From: Phoronis australis | Taxonomy: Eukaryota; Animalia; Phoronida | Assembly: GCA_002633005.1 (NCBI GenBank) | Contig: NMRA01000380.1 | Coordinates: 1-64,000 of the forward strand | Length of the DNA stretch: 64,000 nucleotides | Direction of reading: 5' to 3' | Part shown: in pieces, positions 12,201 through 24,449 of the stretch | Position numbering within the stretch: position 1 is the stretch's first letter | Layout of the letters: every line of letters starts with the position of its first letter | Made by a program: the position numbers and the translations under genes | Notes under the pieces: model-generated | Database searches by the model: none | The model's input: only the letters and a program-made list of their open reading frames with translations | What the model was told of the DNA's origin: nothing

Positions 12201-15200
12201 CGAAGACACGTACATGAATTCTCTGACCCCCACAGTATTTTCCAGGAAAGAGCCCAGATTCTGCACACGAGCTATCCCATCCGGGTGTCTGTGAACCGGT
12301 GGGAGCATCTAAGTGCAACATCACCAACGACTGGAACTTCTGCAAGCAGGAGCAATTTACATGCAACGCTACCAGAGACATAGGTGAGCCAAAGGGTTCT
12401 TAAACTATAGTACATTTCTGCGTGTTGAAATGTGATTATTCAACGCGTACCTTTTCTTAATCAACGCTCTGAGTTAGTTATTCAACGCGCTGAATTGGTT
12501 CTTAAACGACTAATAACATTTCTTAACTCGCACTTTTTCTTATTAACGCGTAGTGTTTGCTTTTCAAGGCGCCGAATTATTCGTGACACATGTATGTCTG
12601 ACCAAAGACAAGTTTACAGTCAGTACACTATTATCGGCGTCTTCATTAAACCCAGTGGGCGTAAATCAGAAAACTTTCCTGCTAATACATGTACATGTAC
12701 GCCTTGGGTACATGATTGTATTTATTTGGAAAAAAGTGCGTAGTTTAATCCTGGAGCATTCCCCCTTTTCATAGGAAATGATCACCAAAACAGTACGTGT
12801 AACTGGTAAAATGTTTAGCAATAAACACCTACCTATGGAGACGATTAAACGTCGGCAATATTGTGTGTTCGCTGTCATAGTGACCAGAAATTTTCCTGTT
12901 TCTCTCCGGTAACATTATTGATACACCGCGGCGTATACTCACTTCCAAATAAGCGCCTGGCGTTTAATTGGATTTAACTTTTGATCTGTTAATTTATTTT
13001 CCGAATATCCGAATATGCGACCTGGTCCTTGAAAACTCTTTTGGCTTTTTTGTGTTCATGTGCACATTTTTTACGTTCCTGGGCCCGGTCTCTTATCTTT
13101 TTACTCGAAATGGAACTCGAAATTATGTTTGGCATTTTCTACTCTACTTTTGGGCGAACTCAAGGTAAGTGTCTATTATTCTATGCTCGAGTACATAATA
13201 ACTTACGAAGATAATTTATTGCCCTTAGTTCACAGTTTGTAAACCCAATATTAAAGCAATAAGTTCGAGTTTGAACTCGAAATTTCAAGTTTTTACTCGA
13301 GTTTGTAGCACGAATATAAGGGTCTTCAAGGGCAAACTTGAACTAGAAACTCCTATGCACAAACTATAATGTATTCGAGCACAGTCTGACAACTAATTAT
13401 CTTAAGTTCGCACAAAAAGAGCAAAGAAATGACCATAAATAGTTTCGAGTTCGTTTCGAGTACAAAGATTAGAGACCGGGCCCTGGTGTCTGTGGACCCG
13501 AAGGTTAATTACTTGTGTGCAAAAATCTGATTGGCTGGTCCACTATTAAAATGTATTTGGAACCTTGTACAAAAATATTTTCGATCACAATACATTTTGG
13601 ACATGACTTTCCAAATTTTTAAACGAAGGTGGGGCTAAGGGAGTGGGTGCTTGGGGGGGTTAGGTGACACCAAGAATCCTCGTCCCGTGTGCCACCCACG
13701 CTAGGTACGCCACTGCCCCTACCTACAGTACTTGTAGTTTACGCGGAACGATCCCGTTTTGTAACTAGTAAAATCATCGATTGCGAATCGACGTTACATG
13801 AATATCTCATTTTGCACTTTATCTCAATTAGTTAAAGCGGCAAAAAGAGACAACTTTTGATTTAGACCTGTTGCCGTTTTGAAATTATTGGTCACAGCGG
13901 AATTGGACAAAAGTTAAATTTAATGTGATTTCAGGGCTTTGAATTGAAGTGATAATTCGTTTGAGCTTGCGACCAACCTCAACAAGTTGGCTTATTACCG
14001 GTGGCATGTCATTTTATGCAACGAACATTGTCTCATGGCGCAACGAACTAACCGATCTGCTTACACAGGGTAGAGCTCAGAAACACCAAGACCTCGCCAG
14101 AAAAACAAGATTTCGCGAGATCAGGCGCGATATTACCGTGTATTTTAAATGAGAGTCCGTGATTGTGGCTAGAATTTTCTAGCCGCAGAACAGCTACTAA
14201 ACTCTACTCACATGCACGCACCCAGATGCTCGGGGGCTCCAACGACCCCCCCCCCCTTTGGCGAAGTGGGCAAAAAGGTCCGCTTCAGAGACAAGAACCC
14301 CGAGAAAAAAAGAAAACGGGAGAAAAGTCCTCTAACAACGAAAGAACTATCAAAATTCGGCGAATGCACAATTCATAGCTGTCATCATACCCCGTGAATC
14401 TTAGTAAAAGGTCCACATTCTCAAAAATTCTAACCCCTCATTTCTTAGGCTGGGTGCGCCCATGAACCAGAAATCACATCTCATCTGAAAAAAGAACAAG
14501 TTTAGACTATTTTTTGTTTGCTACCTGGGTGGAAGGCGGTCGTTCAAAAGTACAGCATAAATTACCATCTTATTTCTGTTTAGACGTGCAAACCTTGACT
14601 GTTCGACTCGACGAGACAATAGTACCCGCTCAGGATACCACGTACATCTGCCAACATTTTGCAATGCCGATCGACAAAGATTACCATCTGATTGCGTGGA
14701 AGCCTGTGATAAGTAATCAGGCTGTGGTACATCACATGGTATTATTTGGCTGTGATGCAGGTAAATAGATGTACCATGGACAGTCATTGAGTAAAAATTA
14801 AATATGCAGGGACTGGTCGTTGGTGACGAATTTTTTCACCCTTCTTCCATTTTTATGTCACATGTACAATTGATCTCAGCATTACAAAAGCCGCAAGGTT
14901 TTGTTTTTGAGATGCATGTTTATTATTTGGGTTGCAAAGTGCGATTGTTTCCGCGATAAATAAACAACACATTACACAATCAGCCATTTTACGGCACCTA
15001 ATAAATTGTTCTTTAAGAAAACTAAATCAATAGTCTTGTGCATGCTTTAAAGTGTAACAACAACGTATTTGACAATAAGGATTAGAGGATTATCGGAATT
15101 TTAAAAGGCTTGGAATGAAAAAATCGCGAATCCGTGTATCTTTAGAACAGATCCTGAAGAATACCTTATCTTTTGCATTGTTTACAAAAAGTACTTCAAA

Positions 15201-18200
15201 TTAAATAATGGATTTTTTTCGGGGAAAACAAACTTTTCTACTGTACTTTAAAACTAAAATAGAAAGTATGTTTGTTTTAGATAGTGTTGTTCGATTGATT
15301 ATGGCTGACAGTGAAATACTTACAGTTGGCGAAAAAGACTTTGGCAAATAAAACGATCAACATTCCATTTAAACTGACCTGTCGATTGATATACATGTAC
15401 ATCAAATCGAGTCGTGATTTTTGAACAGAGCACAGTACAAAAATACTTAAGGACGCGTGTCCTTGTGCATTCTCTAACAGTTATCGTCAAGAGATTGAAT
15501 ATTGTTCCCCGGAAAATCGCGATTACTGTTAGAGGATGCAAGGACACGTGGCATTGTGGATTTTTTGTATTGGGGTCAAAGGTCATAATTCGTTTCAGCT
15601 TTTCAGAGCTTAGTGGGCTTACGGTCATCTCTCACCAGTGTACGAACTAATGTACGAACTATTTTCCCGTGACAACTTCGTGTTCCAATTGATTATTAAA
15701 GTCATTGTTCTTGTTTCATGTATCATACACGGTAGCGTTTATAATTTTTAAATTTATTTGCCTGGATGACTGATGTTTAGTCGAAGTACAGCAACTGTTT
15801 TACAATGAAATGTCCTCTACATAGTTTTATTTTATATATACTCATGCGATGTCACTCACACTCGGTGATCTACTATTTGAACTGGCATCTGACAAAAGAC
15901 ATTTATGTAGACAATAAGAAAGTTTGTTGAACAAACTATCTAAGGCCAAGAACAGCTTACTTTTATTTTTCAATGATATGTGNCCTACAGTACCTATGTT
16001 TTTGCACACTTTCCGAATATTTGATAGTTAAATCTAAATCTTCTTTCATATGTAGACGGTGCTTACAATCTAAATGATCCCCATGGCTGCGGGATTTTGA
16101 ACGGTAAATGCAGAAGTCACCTCGCAGGTTGGGCAATGGGCGATTCTGGAGGCGATTGTTGGCCCGATGACCTCGGCGTACTCATTGGAAAGAACTCTGG
16201 ATTTTCTCATATCATGATTCAGGTGAGAGCATCTTTGACGATATTTTGCCCTTTTCAAAAGCCAGTGGTCTGGAATAAAGTTCATACAAATGAGGTTAAG
16301 ATGGTCTTCTCTCAGTTTACACGGGTACATTTTTATACCACTTAGAAAAATTTACTAGATCTAAGCAGGACTGGTGCTTTAGGCTACTACTGTATATCTG
16401 GACATTGAAATCAGAAGCTCGTCTACGATTTTGTCGGTGGGTGATAACTAACGCTGGCGGCGCCGTTTTATGGTGACGGTGGTCCCTTCTATTTAATTTT
16501 TATAGTTTTTATCTCATTTCCTGCAGGGGAGTTAAGGTTATATATTGTTATGTATATCGTTTCTGGGCGTTACGCTCCTATTTTCATTTAAAACCGTGCT
16601 TGGGCCCCTTCAGAGAACGCTTAGAATGCGCTCGGACCTTTGCCTTCGAATATGTGTGGTTGGGCCCTCTTTCTCCGACATCCAAGATCTGCCACTGCAG
16701 CTATACACAAAACGTACCGAGAGTGGCGCACATGAAGTAAAAGCCCACCAGACATTATTCCGCGCGTCGACCTCGATACGCGGAATAAGGTCGAGTGGGA
16801 TATTACTTTATGTACGTCAAACGAGGTACGTTTTGTATTTATCCCATGCGCCTCGAATTCCTGAGTTTCTTTCATTTTTTCGGCATATTTTTGAAAAACT
16901 TCACACAGACTGTTCACATGGCGGATCACATCCTATACGTATGTACTTGCGCGTTAGGTTGCAAGTTTTGTCTGGTAAAAGAAACAGTTTTAAAAGTAAC
17001 GATTTATTTCTTGAAAAGAGGTAGCAAAGATGAAATTAACGGCAACTGAGCAGTGAACTTGTAACACTCTGCTGGAAATAGTTAAAAAAAAAACAATATT
17101 TGATATTTTAATTTCCTAGGAATCGGCGCCTGAGTTGCAGACGATATAGTATTCAGCAATTGAAAACTGAGACATAAGTGTCTTATAATTAACAAATTTG
17201 TTCCTGATTTTACGTTTAGTGCCTGGTTGCATGTCGAGTGTTAGTTACACTGCTGCAATGTATTACTTTAAATTATATTCGGAAAGTTTGAGTATCGAAC
17301 CTGCTGAAGACATCGAGTCGACATTGACCTAGCTTTTGAACTTTCCATGTAAGAGGTCGCTGTTGAAGTAGTGCGTTAGGTGAATACGGAAAACTTTATT
17401 TCATGGCCGTATTTCCCTCGACAGATTCAACGCAAGTGGGATAATACGTAAATACCCACTCGTGAGTCAAAAAGTAGGCCTATACATGTATGTTTATGAG
17501 TCAGGTTTTGCGAGTTCAATGTACTTTAAAGCTCAGCGCTCAAGGCGTTACGATGGGTTTAGGGCGCCTACTTACCTCTAATTTTACCACTACAGCACTG
17601 TTTGTCAAGGTCAACATTCAAGAACGAAAAAAACGGAACGACTGGATTGAAAAACAGAACTTCAGGATAAAAAGCGAGTCGTGGTCTGAGCCAAAACGTA
17701 AGAGTGAATTGTTCGCTGCAACACTCAAACACAGCGATTTGTCGAACGGGAGATTGCGGAAATTGCGGGTGACGCAAAAATCAATGAAACGTTCCGTTTT
17801 CGTTTTCTTTTTTGTCGAGCGGGGAATGGTCAAATACACTGTACGCTGTCAGCAACACGAAGAACTGTATAGGGTTCTTCTACTACGTAAACTTTTTAAA
17901 TTTTATTTCACGGGCATAGGTAAATACTACAGAATACAGTAGGCCTACTTCTCAAAAATCGCAATTAACAAAAAACAGGATCTGAGCATCAGTTAAACAT
18001 TGCACAAATGGAGGGAAACAATTGAAAACAGTAATAATACACTCACGCACGCACCCACGCACGCAGGCACGCACGCACGCACACACTTGCAGGAGCTGGC
18101 TACTGAGGGCTAGAGTTCTGTGCTTTTAGGAACTGTTTTTAAAAATGTTCCGCTTATGACGGTGACTATTAAATACAGAATTTTCGCTTTTGATGAAAGA

Positions 18201-21200
18201 GATAATACGTAATGGAAACGAAGACGAAATGATATTTTAGAAAACAACAACAGAGTTTCATAGAATTCATCATGAGCATTAATTCATATCAAATGAAATT
18301 TGTCCACATTATTGATTTGCTTGTTTTGATATGGCAGTGCCTTTATTTTTTGCTGAATTTTATTTAAAATCCATCAAGTGATCACGTGACCCATTAATTA
18401 CAGACTTTTATAAAGTTAAAAACCAAATGTCCACATGTTTTGTAGTTCAGAAAAAAAATGCACTTTTTGAGCCGATTTCTAGAATTGTAACAACTGAAAA
18501 ACTGCATGAAATCAAATTTTAGAAAACTTGAAGCGTTCTTAAGATTACACATTGAACATTTATATTTAACGATGTTATGCTACAGATGCACCTACTATGA
18601 TTTGCTGGGCTAAATTATTGCTTAATGGACATGGTCACGTGAAAGAATTGACCTATAGCCAGGATTATGACGGACGGCTTAATTGACCAATCAGAACAAA
18701 GCATTCTTGGCACACCTTCGTCTGCGTTTCCACGCCGCCAATATACCCGACAAACCACACGTAGTCGAGTAAAACTTACTTTGGTCTATAGCTCAAGAAA
18801 TTGTCCGCTAAGAATGGGGAAACGGTGTTGATATGGCGTGTGTAGCACCGAAAGCCGTTATGCTGCTCCAGAATAATATCTCGTCATTTTTTGGCATGTC
18901 GTAAGCCGAAAAATGATGTTGAAAAGCGTGAACTATGGATCAAACTGTACGGCCACACGAGCAGCTGAACTTAGCGGTGTTGCTTGATAACTCGAAGGAT
19001 ATAATAAACACAAATATATTAGTTCCAAGATACGCACTTTTCAGCTTGGTGGCTATGGTGAAGGGCTATCTCAGGCTCCCGAGTTTCCTACGTCTGGCCG
19101 CCTTTGTCTCGACACCTGCTGGATCTCAGCACTCTAGCGGTATAGTCCCCAGAAATTGTTGTTTTCAAGGACATTTTTGTTGTATATTTTTTCATTTATT
19201 TCAACCTAACAGAGGTACATTTTTGTTATTCATAAACCCTTAGGCTGGCGTTCAACTGAACTTCTCTCCCGGTCAAAATTCAGAGGTTCCATCGGCACAG
19301 GGAGGGCAACGGGATTACTGCCGGTAACTCAAAGCCTTGGTCGAGCTGTTGTCACTAAAAATAAACTGTTGAATTACTTTTTGACGTGTACCTCTAGTGT
19401 ACACTATGTCTGTAGAGTTAGACAGAGCTCATTTTGAAGTTGTTCAAACATGATATGTAGATTTATGAAGCTTTAAAAAAGAATTTGAGTTATTTTTGTA
19501 AATACCCTATAATACCACACCAGACTTGTAATCTTTTGTAACCACCACGACTTAATGATCATGCTACCTTCAAAATTACATGAAAGGTACCTTTATAGAA
19601 TGAAACTACAAAAAAATGCCAAGTTCGTAAGAAGGTAGGCCTAATTTAAACGGTCTTAATGGTGCAAACGGACAATTCCATAGGCGGATTTAGGGGGGGG
19701 GAAGGCAGGGCCCCCCCGCAAGCAAAATGAAACAGCAAGAGCATGAAGCGTGAGGAAATATTGAGTTCAGTAACTAGGACCGGTAGCGGAAGAGGGGGGC
19801 TCAGACCCCAGATCGCGGCGGAATCGTGTTCCTGTTTTTTCTAGTCCACCGATAGATTTTCTGAACAGAAGGTCCAAAGGTCTGCATCCCCGGCCCCTGC
19901 AACTTTCGGGCCGCCTGTGTACATACAATTGCACTTTGCCCAATTCCACGAGGTAACATGTTGGACCCCCCTTGTGGTATCCTAGATCCGCCACTGAGTT
20001 CCAGACATTAACTTGACTTAGACACAACCCTAGACCTACCCGGCCGGAGCAAACTGTTTGGACGAGATCGATGTGTACATGAGCTATGAAACTGAATTTT
20101 TTTATCAAAATATTTCGTTACAAGATTAGAAAAGCGTAAACAGTGCTGTCGAGTCGACCTAGTCAGAGACTATAGTTCATGTGTTGTCTGTAATCTATGG
20201 CCTACTTCACTCCAGGAGTCCCACCAGTTGTGACCTACTTTTTATTTGGCGAAATTTAGCAGACGACAGGATAAAAATATCGGTGAATCTTCACTGATTT
20301 TATTCCAAAGATCATGAAATCTATGGAATCGTACAGATAATTCGACTTTAAGGTACATACCCAGCTTTACGTGAAGATATCGTATCAGTGGCCTTGTCAT
20401 TTGTCAGGTGAACCGTGAAGGCGGCCCCGAGGCAGAGGGGATTTTCGCTGGCTCCTCGAGCCATTTTTTCATCGTCACCTTTACAAATTCCCATATCATG
20501 AACGTGCGATTCTCTGTTGAAAAGCATCGCCTCTTGTCTCTGTCGGAGCGTTTTCATATAGTGCAAAAACACTCATCGATTCCACCAGGAACGTCGTTTA
20601 GCGACAGTGCATTTGCCTCTGACATCTCGTTCGAATGTCGGGTATCACGTGCCTTTTCGCATATGGGCGGAGCTTGCGATAGGTCAATTATGAGCAGACT
20701 GGCATGGCTTTTTACCTTCAGACGATTTATACTTTTATTGAGTTAAAGTCTAGTCTCGTAGATATTTGGCTAAATACAACGACAAGTCGATAAGGTCCGG
20801 AGACCCCCGTTAATTTCCGTCACTCTTAATGACTAAACTTTCCAAAATGTGAGTGCAGACAGTGCTTGTGACAATTTTTGTTTTGTTTATACAATTTCAG
20901 GGAGATTTTCTCTTCCAGTTCGGAACTAATACCTTACATGTATATATTTTGATATATATTAGGTTTGGTTCCGAACTGGAAACGTTATCGCTGAAAACCA
21001 CTGGTTTGTGGTGTTTTGGGATGTAACCATCGGTATGACTTGGTTCTTACATGCACCACATGATCACATGGTACACCCGTTGGAGTTCCCTGATTCACCT
21101 CCGTAAGGTGTTTAAATTTTTGCAATTTCGGGTGCAGTTTTTGCCATTATATGGGTTTTATGGGCAAATTTCATCATTTAATTTATCTTATTTTTCAGTT

Positions 21201-23581
21201 ACATTGGAACAACCCACAAAAGCAGTCCAACTATAAAGACAGCTCTGGGTTCACTCTTTACATTTCTCCAAAACTTCGCAAATATTCCCAGGCGAGATTT
21301 ACCATAGGTCAGTTGTACATCAGTATTCCTCCTGGAAGGCAGTCTTACGAAGTCAGCGCCAGCTGTCGGTCATCGTGTTCGTCTAAGAACCTGAACGAGT
21401 CCATTTATATTTATAGGGGCTTCGTGCACATGCACCTTTCAGGTAATGAGTATTTCGATCTTTGGTTTTGTAGTAGCGCAATGAACAAATGCTACATTGT
21501 ATTGTATTCAATGTATTCATGTTATATTGCTTTACTACGAATCAAATTGATTGAACTATACTTTTAGTGTCCTACAATGACGTTCATTTTGCAAACCACG
21601 TGTCAACGACAAGTAGGTCTACACAAAGTAATAGCGAACTGATGTTAAATTTCACCTTTTCAAATCAAGACTGAACGGTAATTTTAGCGGAAACGATTTA
21701 ATTTACATTATTACCCGAATGTTCATCCGTTTCATATTCATATTTTCAAAATAGGAAATTTTTCTCTACAAAGCTCATGTGGTATTGTTGCGATACACTG
21801 AACACGAGATTTTTATTTTAGGTGTTTCTGGTGCTCTTGTACACTACCGCAACGGAAAAAAGATTGGCGATATTGTGGTTAACCGTAGTTTCAACTTCAA
21901 TAGACTAGATTACACAAAGTGAGCCCTTTTAATTGACCTATCACCAGGCTGTTTCATTAGAAATGTCAGAAACGTGGCCTGAGTAACTACATGTATTTCA
22001 GAATAATAATCCAATCTCACTTCAAAAAGCTCACAGTTTCTGGTAATATATTCACATCTGCTATTTGTTCAGGGCCCTGTTTCTAATCTTTACATTTGAT
22101 ATTGATATTTTGAGTTCTACCGCACATTAGTACCAACTCAAGATAGGCATAAGTTTTCGCGTTCGGGACCCAGAAGTGCTACCCACAAAGAAATTCGCCG
22201 TCAAAACAGGACCTTGCAAAATCTCGTGTGCGAACGGCGAATGTTGAACGAGAGTGTTTGGTAAAGTAGCGTAATAGCTCTTAAAATGGCAGAGGCCACT
22301 GAAGTGATTGGTGGGTGGGAATGAAATGGTGAATAATTAGGTAGTATTCAATGTTTCCGTTCCATAGAAGATTCCTCGCCGCAAGAGCAGTCGCGAGTGT
22401 CTGGGGTCATCGGAACGCATCTGGGACCGACAATGGACAGTGGTGTTCTCTTGCGGCAACTTTACGTTGTCACCTCACTGAGGAGCTCCATAAGTCTTTA
22501 ACTCGTCCCGTAAGCTTTATGTCATGGAGCGTTTCTTCAAATATTATCCTCTTGACAATACCCCATTCTTTTGGTGGTAATTTTGTTGAAATTCAAAAGT
22601 AAGCGACAGAAATGTGTCCTTTTCGTCGCTTTTGACTGTTCTGTACTATAATTTATTGCTTGTCTAGGCATAATCCGCCAATTGAATTCAAGCCTGGTGA
22701 TGAAATGAAGCTGAGTTGTAACTACAAATCTACGTCAAAAACGGAAGTGACAAGTTACGATGATGGAACTCAGGTAACGACGTTTATTCCTGATTAAGGT
22801 TTTGTTCGATCCTAGAAAAATGTCAAAAGTTGGCTAACTTCCAAACATCAATTTTAATAAAAAAATCAAAAGTTACATACAACGGATACGATAACTCACA
22901 AAACAGTAAAGGCGTTTTTGAGGTTTCAAATCAAATTTTGCGATGTTATTGATCTCCTTATTTTGTCATGGTTGTACCTGTCTTTTAAGCTAAATTTTAC
23001 AACAAAGACATGTTCAGTGACCAAATCAATGGAAAATTGGCATCAAGTCAAAAATCAAATTCTACGTGCTTTCTGATTTTAGTAATGTTGATTTAAAAAT
23101 GGCTGCATTTTCTATTGGATAGCTTCTCAGACACAGTTTTTGATCATCAGGACCATTATGATATAAATTGCCAACAGAAGTGACACCCCCTACCCCGCCC
23201 CCTTTTCCCCGTAAAGTTGCATTTACTGCTCTTGATATGCTGACTTCAATAACCGCTTTAATCGGGGGAAGCCAGGTTCACCTACCTTGACGATCCTGTT
23301 AAACAAATAAATGTGATTCCCTTTATCCTTAAGCTATCACCAAAAAGAATATTTTCGAACAAGTTAATGTGATTCATATGTTACAGGGAGAAATGTGTTT
23401 TGCGTTTATTGACATTTTCCCTGCATCGGCTACGAAGCATTTTCAATATTGCTTGGACTACGGGTCCATAGCTTTTTGCAAAGAAGAAGAGGAAAAATAC
23501 AGGAACACGGTCATCGGAGATTGCCATTTGGGAGATTTTGTCTATGAAGATCTGGAGAAGATTGGCAACGATATACAGCGT
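9025..23581 (+). CDS. Gene A: temptin-domain / copper type II monooxygenase (DBH/MOXD1-like) fusion, exons 1-9; terminal exon not found
   Basis: GT-AG exons with consistent phases: 9025-9225, 11243-11336, 12246-12383, 14584-14760, 16056-16222, 21199-21442, 21822-21918, 22668-22773, 23387-23581 (1419 nt, 473 codons, open). Signal peptide MLTRLLASFLSLTHVAG; temptin motifs VPNGDRIPHPC..GLGH..GGGSRNVFGLDF, DSDGDGKTNGAELGDPNC, SHPG; Cu ligands VHHM, QLHWNNP, HMH, GEMC. Exon lengths match gene B except for one extra codon in exon 5. Confidence 0.88.
9350..10280 (+). mobile_element. Possible THAP-encoding DNA transposon remnant in gene A intron 1
   Basis: ATG at 9502 gives MPNKCCVF (typical THAP start), preceded by an inverted repeat at 9400-9476; downstream frame disrupted; boundaries approximate. 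Confidence 0.3.
10599..10849. mobile_element. MITE, CATGCGCGCACC-type TIR, ~5-bp TSD
   Basis: CATGCGCGCACC...GGTGCGCGTTTG; flanks taaac/caaac; same family as 14211-14464 and 27078-27322. Confidence 0.75.
11243..11336 (+). CDS. Gene A exon 2 (temptin DxDxDG motif)
   Basis: ttccag|KWTKDLCNKDSDGDGKTNGAELGDPNCVWTK-g|gt; 94 nt as in paralogs. Confidence 0.9.
12246..12383 (+). CDS. Gene A exon 3 (temptin C-part/linker)
   Basis: tttccag|KSPDSAHELSHPGVCEPVGASKCNITNDWNFCKQEQFTCNATRDI|gtgagc; 138 nt. Confidence 0.88.
   Translation, partial: ERAQILHTSYPIRVSVNRWEHLSATSPTTGTSASRSNLHATLPET
13082..13482. mobile_element. PIF/Harbinger (NuwaI-type) MITE, CWG TSD
   Basis: TIR GGCCCGGTCTC/GAGACCGGGCC, TSD CTG; near-identical copy at 35080-35479. 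Confidence 0.88.
14211..14464. mobile_element. MITE (same family as 10599, opposite orientation)
   Basis: CATGCACGCACCCAG...CTGGGTGCGCCCATG termini. Confidence 0.7.
14584..14760 (+). CDS. Gene A exon 4 (monooxygenase N-domain, CuH His-His)
   Basis: VQTLTVRLDETIVPAQDTTYICQHF...VVHHMVLFGCDA|gtaaat; 177 nt. Confidence 0.9.
16056..16222 (+). CDS. Gene A exon 5
   Basis: GAYNLNDPHGCG...LAGWAMG...GVLIGKNSGFSHIMIQ|gtgaga; 167 nt. Confidence 0.88.
16704..16838. repeat. Long imperfect palindrome (foldback element)
   Basis: ACAAAACGTACC...TTATTCCGCG-loop-CGCGGAATAA...GGTACGTTTTGT. Confidence 0.8.
19679..19996. mobile_element. MITE with CATAGGCGGATTTAG/CTAGATCCGCCACTG termini, ~5-bp TSD
   Basis: Terminal inverted repeats; flanks aattc/agttc. 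Confidence 0.75.
21199..21442 (+). CDS. Gene A exon 6 (third CuH His; CuM HxH)
   Basis: LHWNNPQKQSNYKDSSG...IPPG...VHMHLS|gtaatg; 244 nt. Confidence 0.9.
21822..21918 (+). CDS. Gene A exon 7
   Basis: ttttag|VSGALVHYRNGKKIGDIVVNRSFNFNRLDYT|gtgagc; 97 nt. Confidence 0.85.
22668..22773 (+). CDS. Gene A exon 8
   Basis: tctag|HNPPIEFKPGDEMKLSCNYKSTSKTEVTSYDDGTQ|gtaacg; 106 nt. Confidence 0.88.
23387..23581 (+). CDS. Gene A exon 9 (CuM Met, EMC)
   Basis: ttacag|GEMCFAFIDIFP...GNDIQR|gtaagt; 195 nt. Confidence 0.88.
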
Positions 23582-23591
23582 GTAAGTTATA

Positions 23592-24140
23592 AGTAGTAGT
23601 AGTAATACACTTTATTCACTTTAAGTCAAAAACCAAAAAATACAGTTGATACAAATTTACGCTTATGGAGACTCCGTGAAGGACCAGAAAGGTCCGCTGA
23701 CCACGGAGCCACCAGAGAATAAGAAAGAAAAAATACAGCGTTACAGATAAGCAGAACTATAAAAATTAGGTGATGATGTACTTTAAAACTACTTGTGTAA
23801 AGACTGGGAGAGATTATCGAAAATAGTTACATACAAAGCAGTTGGGAATAGTGCACTCAAGTTCATAATTTTCAAAACAAACATTCTTAAAATAATTTAT
23901 AACAGAGGATAACGAATGGGTAAAAAGTTTTTGGTAGACACTTTCAGGAAGGTTATTAATGATATGAGGTAGGGCATTTCGAACTGAATCTTCAACAAAT
24001 GATTTAGTACAACGGGGAGTATGTAAAAGATGTCGTTGCCTAGTGTAATGTTCATGAACAGACCCACGAGTAATTAAATTGAACGTGTTAAAAAATAAAG
24101 GTAAGTAATTATGAACATATTTGTAGAAAAATTTAATAAT
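23592..24140 (-). mobile_element. 3' end of an L2/CR1-group LINE with (TAC)n tail
   Basis: ORF2 C-terminus FYKYVHNYLP...HEHYTRQ...CTIPNCFVCN*, 3'UTR, AATAAA then (TAC)n on the minus strand; ends at N 24141. Confidence 0.8.
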
Positions 24141-24449
24141 NCATGCATTTTTGGGGCATTCGGAATTTCCCATTCACTATAAAAAGAATAAAGAAACGTT
24201 GTCGGGTATTTTTTGGGTGTTTCTTCACCCGTTCAACAAAAAACGCTGTCGGCACGTGTTTGTGTGTTGCAACGAACACTTCATCCCTACGTTACAAATG
24301 TCCCGCTTTTTATTCTGAAGTCCCGTTTTCAGTCCAGTTGGTCCGTTTTTTTCGTTCTTAATTATTGACCATGACATTCATGCAACAGGTCTTTACAGTA
24401 ACATCGTCTCTTTTATTGTTATTTTCCAGAGTCCATTTTCTTAAGTAAC

